Assembly: GCA_965112735.1 (NCBI GenBank)
Contig: OZ218955.1
Coordinates: 2,294,001 to 2,358,000 of the forward strand
Reading direction: 5' to 3'
Length of the DNA stretch: 64,000 nucleotides
Source: Phaeosaccion multiseriatum
Taxonomy: Eukaryota > Protista > Ochrophyta, other classes
This document shows, in pieces, positions 38,749 to 49,800 of the stretch. How positions within the stretch are numbered: the stretch's first letter is position 1; each line of letters starts with the position of its first letter. The position numbers and the translations under genes were made by a program. The notes beneath the pieces are model-generated. The model saw nothing but the letters and a program-made list of their open reading frames with translations, was not told where the DNA came from and made no database searches.

Positions 38749-39938
38749 ATGACAGAAAGTGAGGAGGACGCAGCTCCTCTTTCTGCTGCTGATATCTCTC
38801 CAGCGACCTTTGCCCTGAGAGACGGCGATGCAGCACGCGAGGACCTGAGCTGGGATCTGAAAAACCTCGTGGTGCTTGACCCTCACGCAATCGACTTACC
38901 GCAAGGCGAACGCGGGGAAGCCACAGAACGCATACTGAACAGCCACACTCGTGACAATATGCAGCAGCTCATGGCGCGCCTGTTTTCCCTACCGTCCCAG
39001 CCTTCGGCCCTCGGCCCTGTGGCCGAACTACCGACCAAGGAGGCTCTCACTCTGCCGCGCGAGAAGCCTGTGCCCCCTCCCAGAGAAGAGACGAGATGGG
39101 AGAAGTTTGCAAAGGAGAAGGGGATCCAGGGGAGAAAGCGAGATCGAATGGTCTGGGATGAGGCCAGTAAGAAGTGGATGCCTCGCTGGGGCTACAAGAG
39201 AGCCAACGAGGGCGAGAGTGGACATGCTATTCTTGAGGTTAAAGATGGGGAGGATGCATTTAAGGACCCTTGGAGTGGCGCCAGGGCGGAGAAGCGAGCA
39301 AGAGTGGAGAAAAATCTAAAGAGCTCGGCGAATAATCGAGGGAAGGGCGGTGCTGGCGGTGGTATGACCCCTGGCATTCCTGTGGACCTCTCAAGCGGTG
39401 CGGCTGCTGGGGCGAAAAGAGGCGGCAAGAACACCAAGAAAGCCCTGGAGATGGTGCAGTCATCCACGGCGTCAATGGGCAAGTAAGTTCAAGTTGTTCG
39501 CTGTGGCGCAGTCTCGCTCGAGTGTTTTCAAGTTCTGTCTGTGGATGTACGTACGTGTTGATGTATTGCTGCTTGCCCTGCTCCTGCTCCTCCTCCTCAA
39601 CCACCCAACCTCCCCACTGGGGTATGTGCAGGTTTGACAAGGGCCGCGAAGGGGAACCAGACAAGGTGCGGCGGGGAGTGCGGCGGCAGTTCAAACCTGT
39701 GGTGCCCGCGTCGGCAGGCGAGCGGGATAGCTCCATGAAAATCCTGCACTCTGTCATGGTGAACAAGGGCAAGGGCGGCAAGGGCGGCAAGGCGGCCAGC
39801 AAGAGTGCAAAGGACAATCTCATCAGTTACGACGCAATAGAGGGGGGTGGCGGCGCGGGGGAGGGCCGATCCAAGTCAAAGAAGGGCAAGGCGGGCGTTG
39901 GCAAATTCAGGAAGATAACAAAGTCGAGAGCAAAGTAA
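38749..39938 (+). CDS. RRS1: Ribosome biogenesis regulatory protein RRS1
   Basis: RDNMQQLMARLFSLP, LPREKPVP, TRWEKFAKEKGI, WMPRWGYK, STASMGK|FDK; 2 exons. Confidence 0.93.
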
Positions 39939-39963
39939 AAAGGGTGACTTTTTTTTCCAGACT

Positions 39964-41039
39964 TTATTTTGATTGCACACTTTGTTCGGTGGCAGTGTCC
40001 TTTCTCCATGGGTCGCTTTCCGTCGCGCCTGGGAAAGGCTCCTGTTGCTGCTGTTGTTGTTGTTGTTGTTGTTGTCCATGTTGTCTTTGGGTCTGCGTTG
40101 TGCCTCCCCGACCTGACCCTGCTCTTTTGGAAGACCCCACTTGCGAAGCCAAGTAAGACAACACTGCCTGGACCAACGCTTGCGCGGCTCCAGGAGAAGC
40201 GGCAGAGAACATAGTCGGTACGCCCTTCAGCGCCGGCTGCAGAATCGACCCAAAGATGGATCCAAGCGACCTCGTTGCAACCCCGATTCCTGTCATCAGT
40301 TCCTCCGGACTGCCCGGCCTGGTAGAAAAACTAGCGTATTCATCCAGCCGTCGCCGAACGAACGCCAGAGTGTTCTCACACCCAGCAGACTGATCCGACA
40401 GCATAAAAAGCTCCGCGCTAATGTACGTGGTGGCTATGAAGGCCCGTCTGGAATACCACGCCATATTCGTGGACCGGTCCCCTCCCACGAACGCAATGTC
40501 GTCGGCAAGGCGAGCCAGCGCTTCAGCGGTGGAAGCCACATTCTCCGGGCGTAGCCCTACAGACATTGCCTCCGGCCACGAGCTGACGTGCTCTTTAACA
40601 GCAAGCAAGCGTAGTTCCATGGCACGCTCCACCAGATGCAGCTGCAAATCCCCTCCTGCTGCGCGGCGGCCTTGCTCGCCCCCCCCTTCCCCTTCCGCAG
40701 CATGTTGTGCCAGCATCTGCTGCAACATGTCTTCTCGGGCGCGCTCCATGAAGAATAGAATCAGGTCCATGGCTCCTTTCTCGAACATACCCGCAGTCGT
40801 AGAGGGGAGACTGCCGAAAAGAGAGAAGAGAGCATCATGAGCAACAAGACTCCACAGAATGAGCCCGCATCATATCTGTCTCTTACCCGCTGGATTTCGC
40901 ACCCGCCGCAAGAGAGGCCTCTGTCCATCCGAAGGAGTGCACATGCTCGGTCAGAGCTGACTCGAGAATCTGCTGGCGGACATCCACAAAAGAAGACCCA
41001 CCCTGTCCAGAGCTGTGAGCGTCGTGCATTGATGCGGTA

Positions 41040-41086
<47 letters not shown>

Positions 41087-41326
41087 ACTGCTAATGCTCC
41101 TCGAGCTACCAACACTACTACAGCCACTGCTAGTGCTGCTCATCCCGCGCTTGCTCCAAGTCGAGGAGATGGTTGGAACATTTCGATCCACTACACGCCG
41201 GCGCTTGAGCCCCCTCCCCGGCCCCAGCACGGCTGCATTTAAGCTGCCCGGCCAGGTCTGAGAGAACGACCGGAGAGCGCCTTGCGCTCCCACGCGCTTT
41301 GCAGACCTGCCTATCGCGAAAAACAT
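39964..41326 (-). CDS. COQ9: Ubiquinone biosynthesis protein COQ9, mitochondrial
   Basis: ILESALTEHVHSFGWTEASLAAGA, MFEKGAMDLILFFM, SSWPEAMS, LADDIAFVGGDRSTNMAWYSRRA...YISAELFMLSDQS...TLAFVRRRL; Arg/Ser-rich presequence. Confidence 0.92.
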
Positions 41327-41420
41327 CGGTCCCTTCGCAGAGTGGGTTGTGCAATGGGGGAGCCACCTAACTTAAACTCCGCCCTTCCCGCGCTTTTTTT
41401 CTTTTCTCGGATCTTCCTCC

Positions 41421-43890
41421 ATGTCTGCTCCCGTGGTCGGCATTGTGGGCGGAGGACCGGTGGGTCTGACCCTATATGCGCTCTTGGCTCGCTATGGCGT
41501 GCCTTCCATCCTCTTTGAACGCCAGAGTGGACTCTCGACGCATCCGCAAGGGCACTTCATTAGCGCAAGGACGATGGAGATCTTTCGACACGGGCTTGGA
41601 CACGTGGACGCGCGGGTGCGGCAGGCAGGACCTCCGCCATCGGACTGGCGGTATGTGCGTGGCGGGGGGCTGAAATCTCTGCGCCCTTGGCGTGGCTGAG
41701 ATGACTCAGCCACCTTCTTGCCACTGCCAACCGATCAGGGATTTCGTCATGTGCTCCACCTTGAGAGGGCGAGAGTTTGCCCGCGTGGACAATATGACAG
41801 GGCAGCAAGGTAGGCAGTGTTGCAACTTGTCGGCGCGCGCGGTAGGGAAGGGGCAGCTATTCACGCCGCTCTTCTCTTGCACTTGTCTGGCTGTGCAGCC
41901 GCGCTCATGTCTCGACTCTCCTCGGTGGGCTGCGCTCATCTCTCCCAGAGCTCTCTCTCGCCGATATTGCTGGAAGAGGCTCACCGACTTGGCGCAAATG
42001 GGCCTGGGCAGATTGTGTTTGATGCCAATGTGGAAAGCATACAGGAGGAAGAGGACGGTGCTACCGTGACAGTCCGAAGAGCAGGAGGAAAGGAAGTGCA
42101 TAGCTTGAACTTTCGATACGTCGTTGCGGCCGATGGACCGCAGAGCCATTGCAGAGAGGCGATGGGCATTCGATGCCGTGGTGACCCCGAGCTGGGGCAT
42201 GTGGTGAACATCCACTTTAGCAGCCCGGAACTTGGGAGGCATCTCCGAGGCCGGCCAGGAATGTTGTACTTTGTCTACAACGAAGAGGTAGTGTGTGTCA
42301 TGGTTGCTCACGACGTACACAGAGGAGAGTGGGCGTGCCAGATCCCGTTCTTTGCGCCATGGCAAGACCACACAGTTGAGTACGAGATCTTTCCTTCTTG
42401 TTTGCAAGGTCGTTCATTCTTTTTTATTTGGTCGCGCTTGCACCCCCCGAACTGCACTCTGCAACGCATGCGGAAAAGCTGTTTTGCCAGTCGTTTGCCC
42501 GAGAGTGCGTGAAGCAAGCCATCGGTGGTATTGCGGGAGGGGTCGGCGGGGCGGAGGACATTGCCTTTGACATTCGGTCGGTGCAGCCCTGGACGATGAG
42601 ATCCCTCGTGGCGGAGGCTTTCCAGAGCAAGAATAAGCACGTCTTTTTGGCTGGAGATGCAGCACATCAGTTTCCACCCGCAGGGGGGTTTGGAATGAAT
42701 ACCGGGATACACGATGTCTTCAATCTTGCGTGGAAGCTCGCCCTTGCGACCAAAGGTGCGAGCCACGAGCGACTTTTGCAAACCTACGGCGAAGGTGAGA
42801 GTGAGTGGAATGGGGGCTAAATATCATTAAACTGACCGCGGTTTGGGTGCTTACGGAGACGCTGCCCCTGCTTTCTTTCCGAAATGACACTAAAGAAAGG
42901 AGACCGGTGGCTGAGGCGACGGCAGACCTCAGTGTTCGCAACTATAAGAGAAGCCTTCGCATGGCACGTGCTCTTGGATTGGATCCGGAGCATCCGCGTC
43001 TCTTGTTCCAGGTGCGAGGGTGGAGCGGAGTGGCAGTCTTGTAGAGAGGCGCCTTTGAAAGTCAGGGCATGAACTAGAGAGAGGCGCATGTTGGGAAAGG
43101 AAATGAGTGTCTTCGTCTAACAGACTCGAAACTTTTCATTCTCTCCCTGCTGGGGCTTCCCTTCCAGTCTCCTTTTGGAATGGCCCTGAGAGGAAAGGGG
43201 GCGAGAGAACGAACAGAGGCCCTTCTGGCACTCGGACGAAAGCCGTTGGCGTGTCTTCGGGAGACAGGCAATCCTTACGGCGACGCAAGAGTCAGGGATC
43301 TTCACGAGGTACTCGCAGCCGGTGCTGGCCTACCCCTCCTCTTTCCTGAGCACGACCTCTGCATGGCATACGGGCCGCAGGACCAAAGGGACTCTGGAAA
43401 TACAGCAGTGGAGCCTCCTGAGAGCCAGATTCGTGTCGGGGGTCGAATGCCTCACTTTGGGACCCTTCGGAGCGCAGACGACAACCGCTTGTCTTTATCT
43501 TCTTCAGTGGACCTGCCTGCGCAGCTACAATCTCTGAATTTCTCGCCAAAGTCTACCGGGAAGATGCACGTCGTCCTTCTCACTAGGCAAACCGGCGGTA
43601 CATCATGCACCTTCTGGCAGGAAGCCTTGGCACAACCTTTCCCTGGAAAATCTTTTGTAGAGGTGGTTCACATACCGATCCGAACCAGGGACCAGGGCGA
43701 TGGTTGTTATGACTGTCTATTGCTGCTACAGGCAATGGAACGACAGCAAGTATCTGCGGTTTTCGTGAGACCGGATGGGCACGTCGGGTGGCTTTGTCCC
43801 GAAATTCCCGCCCACGCTGTCGGGCCCACTTCGACGACGAATATTGACCTTTTGCACGAGGCTTTGACGGCGTGCTTGGCCATTCATTGA
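41421..43890 (+). CDS. FAD-dependent monooxygenase, CoqF/At1g24340-like (candidate demethoxyubiquinone hydroxylase)
   Basis: GGGPVG, HPQGHFISARTMEIFR, AHLSQ, VAADG, VNIHFSSPELG...RPGMLYFVYN...VMVAHD..GEWACQIPFF, LAGDAAHQFPPAGGFGMNTGIHD, VRPDGHVGW. Family assignment is from recalled motif similarity, not a search. Confidence 0.8.
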
Positions 43891-46514
43891 TTTAAATTCG
43901 CGCTTAAGACTCGGCCTCCGGGTATGTGCACTCCGCCAGGATAGACCAGTGCAACCAAGAGAGGTGAGCGATTGAGAGGATGTCGAGGCTTCGAGTGCAA
44001 GCCATCGACTGCCCCTTCAACATGACGTTCGCTTGCTGTAGAACTATTTTGGAAGACTCTGGACAGCCTCACCTCCGAGGGTATGTACGTAGGGGGGGAG
44101 GGAGGGGAGGGAGAAAAGGAAGGGAGGATGGGGGAGAGAGAGGGGAGGGAAGGGAGGAAGGGAAGAAGGGAGCGAGGGAGGAAGGGGAGGAAGAGAGGGA
44201 GGCAAGGGAAGATGATAGGGGCGTATGGAGGGAGAGAAAGAGAGCACTGTCATTCTGGTATCTCCAGGAGGCCTCAGGCCTGTGAGAGCGCGGGCGGAGC
44301 AGAGATTTCTTACCAGACTGGAGGCTGAGCACTAACCGGTCCCTCTGCCTCCCTCGCTCGAACGCGTGCTGTGCTGCGCTGGGCTGCTTGTGTGCAGCGA
44401 GAGGCCAGGGAGGGTGACAGCTTACTGTCTTCGTGCCTCGACGAGACAGGGCGGAGGAAGTACGGCACTTCGCAGCAGGTCAGCATAGCACTCAAGGGTG
44501 GGGCAACGAGAGCTGGAAGGACCCCGCTCGGATCTCTGCCCACTCTCTTCGGAGTGGGGGTGCTACCGCTCTTGCCGCCCGTGGGGCTAATTGGCGCTTG
44601 CTTCAATTGTTGGACCACTGGTCCTCGACGAGAGTATTCCAGTACACTCACCGGACTGTTTAGGACGCCCTTGGCTGGGCTGGACGGATACTGACGGCAG
44701 ACACGATGCCTCCACGGCTACTCGGATGAATGGGGGTGAAGGGGAGCGTGGGGCCCAAGCCCCGCTACATCCGAACACCAGTGGCCGTCCACCCTCGAGG
44801 GGGCGGCCCGCTTTGGAGATTCTTTTGGTCTCCAACGGGGGAGCCCATTGCGGGGCTACGCTCTTAGTGAAGAGTCCTTCCCCCAACATCGGCGACGCCT
44901 CGAATCACCTCATACCCCGTTTCACAGCTGTCGACGACCTGGAGGCGAAGTCACCCACCTGAGTGCTCAGAACTAGCGACGCCGCGGATGTAGATGATGT
45001 TCCTCAGCACTCGGTGACGGCGGAGAGGAGGAGCGGCTTTCCCCCCTTGACAGGGCCGGATCTTTCCAAGGGGCTGCTCACACCGAGCTTCTTCGAGGAT
45101 CAAGAGGCACGTCTTCGGCCTCGCGAGTAGCGGAGAGAAGGTGTGTTTGCGTGCGTGTGCCTCCAGGAGCCCAGAGGGGGGAGAGGAGCGGGAGGGGCAT
45201 GGGAAGAGGTCTAATCTTTTCGTCGTACACTTTCCAAAGTAGCAATAGGAAGCAAGCAAGATGGGAAGTGTGGCTCTAAATGCGAGACCCACGGAGCAAC
45301 GCAGGCCCAGCGACGGTTGAATGCCGTTGCGTTCCAACCGGGCTGGAGCTCCAGCACTAGTGGTCGACTGAGTGGCTCCCATTCATACCCGACTCACCGC
45401 TCCAAGCCCACGCCTGCTCCCTCCCGTACGTGTGTATGTATGTGGTGGTACATGTCCCCTCGCAGTGGGTCATACCCGTGCTGGTCAACAGCGCGCCTCG
45501 TCCACGCACGGCGACCAAGGTTGAGGTGCTTATAGTACATCTTGGCGAGCACACGCAGGGCTGCCACATGTGATTTGCAAGCCGCACAGGACCCCCTTCC
45601 TCTCCTCCCCTCGCCCCTCTCCCCGCCACCCCATCGTAGTCATCACCCTGCAGTAGCAGTACGAGCCGAGCATGATTACGGTGTTCTACTTCGCTAACGG
45701 CCCCAATGAACACTCTCCGTCCTCATGAGTATGAGGTGCGTGGTTGCGTGCGTGTGGCCCAGAGACTGTAACGCACACCACACTTCGGTCGAACAGCAGC
45801 AGCATTAGCAGCAGTAACAGAATCAGCAGCAGTCGCAGCCTGTGCGTGTGCTCACCCCCCTCCAGATTCTGCCAAGTGCTTTTCTCGGAGGAAGATGCGG
45901 ACCAATAACGGGTCGCTCACGGTATGGACCGGCGGGGGGGCCAGTGGGACGCCTCTACCCTCTGAGCCTTCAGAGCCTTTGCAGATCGAAGGCCGGGCAC
46001 GGCGGGGCAGAGCAAGGCGGGGCGAGGGGAGGGCTCGTTCGGCCAGCAGTGGGGAAGGGAGGGAGGGAGGGCAAGGAAGCAGTGGGAAAAGGGAAGGCAG
46101 CAGTGAAAGTCCCACGTGGGAATGCCTCGGATGTGTGACATGCGCGAGCGGTGAAGAGTGTGCTACCGTGTCCGTAATGTAAGTATGGCCTGTGAAGTGG
46201 GGTGTACATGAGGTATATCTGTGCGCCGAGAGTAAGCACTGCGTAGCTCACGTAGACAGAGCCTTTCGCTGGGACAGAGCAAAGCGACCCTACCCTGACG
46301 CTGCCCGGCGGGGCGCTGTGGGTGACCGCCAGTCATCATTCATTCAGAACGAGTGCCATGTGTAAAGAGGATAGGCCAGGGTTGTCTCACTCAACTCCTA
46401 CTAAGGCAGCGAAGGAGGATGTAGAGCATCAGCACCAGAATAAGAAGCGGAGAGTTTTCCAAATGACAACGATCGATAATCCGGATTCGAACATGTACAC
46501 GTGCAAAATGTAAA

Positions 46515-46865
46515 CGGTGCTTCAGCAGCGGAGCCAAGCCAAGCCAAGCCACGGAAGTTCCGTTCTCGCAGAGTGGAGTCGACGCGGACAAACAGGGTCT
46601 TGAGAGCCGAGGGGTAGGGGGTGGAGCGTGGGCGCGTGTGTGGACCCCGAGGGGGGTTTTAGGGTAGAAATATATATGGCAGCAGATGAAGAGCAGTGTT
46701 CTCTGCTGCTCGAGATCAGAAGAGGAGGAGACCTGCTGTACTCGCCACCCTACCGTGATTGAAGGAGATCAAGAGCAGTTACGGGGGTGTGTGCAAGCAG
46801 GGAGGAGAGTAGAGACTGTGGTGTAGAAAAGCAAGGATCGCAGTAGCTAGGGCCCGACTGCTTCT
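46515..46865 (-). mobile_element. Diverged, inverted partial copy of the 717-bp element found inside the satellite
   Basis: Reverse complement aligns by eye to ~56288-56620 (GTGGAGTCGAC, GTGTGGACCCCGAGGGGGG, CTGCTGTACTCGCCACCCTAC, GGGCCCGACTGCTTCT). Confidence 0.85.
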
Positions 46866-49800
46866 GAGAGCCCAATCTGACCCCTGTGCTATTGGCTTCA
46901 ATACTAGAGGTTCAGGATATTTTGACGAATTGGACCCAAAGCCCGGATTTGTGGGGCCCAAACAGCCCAAACAGCCCAAACGAGGCATTTGCTGGCCACA
47001 CCATACCCGCGCAGGCCGATGCATGACTACGACTGGCCCAACCGACACACCACATGGCCACAATGCCGCCAAGTTGGAACTGGCATGGGCCCAAACCGCC
47101 CAATCTGGCCCCTCACTGGACCCAAAGCCGGGGTTTGTGGGGCCCAAACAGCCCAAACGAGGCATTTGCTGGCCACACCATACCCGCGCAGGAGACTGGA
47201 CGACTGCGACTGGCCCAACCGACACACCACATGGCCACAATGCCGCCAAGTTGGAGCTGGCATGGGCCCAAAACGCCCAATCTGGCCCCTCACTGGACCC
47301 AAAGCCGGGGTTTGTGGGGCCCAAACAGCCCAAACGAGGCATTTGCTGGCCACACCGTGCCCGCGCAGGAGACTGGACGACTGCGACGGGCCTAACCGAC
47401 ACACCACATGGCCACAACTCCGCTAATTCGGAACTGGCATGGGCCCAAAACGCCCAATCTGGCCCCTCACTGGACCCAAAGCCGGGGTTTGTGGGTTCTA
47501 ACCAGCCCAAACGAGGCATTTGCTCTCAACACCATGCCCGCGCAGGCCATTGGATGACTACGACTGGCCCAATCGACACACTACATGGCCACAATGCCGC
47601 CAAGGTGGAACTGGCATGGGCCCAAAACGCCCAATCTGGCCCCTCGAGGGACCCAACGCCATCAGGGTTTGTGGTGGCCCAAACACCCCAAACGAGGCAT
47701 TTGCTGGCCACACCATGCCCGCGCAGGCCGATGCATGACTGCGGCTGGCCCAACCGACACACCACATGGCCACAACGTCGCCAAGTTGGAACTGGCATGG
47801 GCCCAAAACGCCCAATCTGGCCCCTCGAGGGACTCAAAGCCAGGGTTTGTGGGGCCCAAACAGCCCAAACGAGGCATTTGCTGGCCACACCATGCCCGCG
47901 CAGGCCGATGCATGACTGCGACTGGCCCAACCGACACACCACATGGCAACAACCCTGCCAAGTTGGAACTGGCATGGGCCCAAAACGCCCAATCTGGCCC
48001 CTCACTGGACCCAAAGCCGGGGTTTGTGGGGCCCAAACAGCCCAAACGAGGCATTTGCTGGCCACACCATACCCGCGCAGGCCGATGCATGACTGCGACT
48101 GTCCCAACCGACACACCACATGGCCACAACCCTGCCAAGTTGGAACTGGCATGGGCCCAAAACGCCAGATCTGGCCCCTCACTGGACCCAAAGCCAGGGT
48201 TTGTCGGGCCCAAACAGCCCAAACGAGGCATTTGCTGGCCACACCATGCCCGCGCAGGAGACTGGACGACTGCGACGGGCCTAACGGACACACCACATGG
48301 CCACAACTCCGCTAATTCGGAACTGGCATGGGCCCAAAACGCCCAATCTGGCCCCTCACTGGACCCAAAGCCGGGGTTTGTGGGTTCTAACCAGCCCAAA
48401 CGAGGTATTTGCTCTCAACACCATGCCCGCGCAGGCCATTGGACGACTGCGACTGGCCCAACCGACACACCAGATGGCCACAACGCCGCCAAGTTGGAAG
48501 TGGCATGGGCCCTAAACGCCCAATCTGGCCCCTCGAGGGACCCAAAGCCATCAGGGTTTGTGGTGGCCCAAACAGCCCAAACGAGGCATTTGATGGCCAC
48601 ACCATGCCCGCGCAGGCCGATGCATGACTGCGACTGGCCCCACCGACACACCACATGGCCACAACGCCGCCGAGTTGGAAGTGGCATGGGCCCAAAACGC
48701 CCAATCTGGCCCCTCACTGGACCCAAAGCCGGGGTTTGTGGGGCCCAAACAGCCCAAACGAGGCATTTGCTGGCCACACCATGCCCGCGCAGGGCGATGC
48801 ATGACTGCGACTGGCCCCACCGACACACCACATGGCCACAACGCCGCCGAGTTGGAAGTGGCATGGGCCCAAAACGCCCAATCTGGCCCCTCACTGGACC
48901 CAAAGCCGGGGTTTGTGGGGCCCAAACAGCCCAAACGAGGCATTTGCTGGCCACACCATGCCCGCGCAGGGCGATGCATGACTGCGACTGGCCCCACCGA
49001 CACACCACATGGCCACAACGCCGCCGAGTTGGAAGTGGCATGGGCCCAAAACGCCCAATCTGGCCCCTCACTGGACCCAAAGCCGGGGTTTGTGGGGCCC
49101 AAACAGCCCAAACGAGGCATTTGCTGGCCACACCGTGCCCGCGCAGGAGACTGGACGACTGCGACTGGCCTAACCGACACACTACATGGCCACAACGTCG
49201 CCAAGTTGGAACTGGCATGGGCCCAAAACGCCCAATCTGGCCCCTCACTGGACCCAAAGCCGGGGTTTGTGGGGCCCAAACAGCCCAAACGAGGCATTTG
49301 CTGGCCACACCATACCCGTGCAGGCCGATGCGTGACTGCGACTGGCCCAACCGACACACTACATGGCCACAACGCCGCCAAGTTGGAACTGGCATGGGCC
49401 CAAAACGACTCAAGACCGGGGTTTGTGGGGCCCAAACAGCCCAAACGAGGCATTTGCTGGCCACACCATGCCCGCGTAGGAGACTGGACGACTGCGACTG
49501 GCCTAACCGACACACTACATGGCCACAACGTCGCCAAGTTGGAACTGACATGGGCCCAAAACGCCCAATCTGGCCCCTCACTGGACCCAAAGCCGGGGTT
49601 TGTCGGGCCAAAACAGCCCAAACGAGGCATTTGCTGGCCACACCGTGCCCGCGCAGGAGACTGGACGACTGCGACTGGCCCAACCGACACACTACATGGC
49701 CACAACGTCGCCAAGTTGGAACTGGCATGGGCCTAAAACGCCCAATCTGGCCCCTCACTGGACCCAAAGCCGGGGTTTGTGGGGCCCGAACAGCCCAAAC

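Noticed and set aside
43900-46500. Protein-coding gene in the buffer region
   Set aside because: Only short, stop-interrupted ORFs with no recognisable motif; the one plausible intron yields a ~53-aa peptide.
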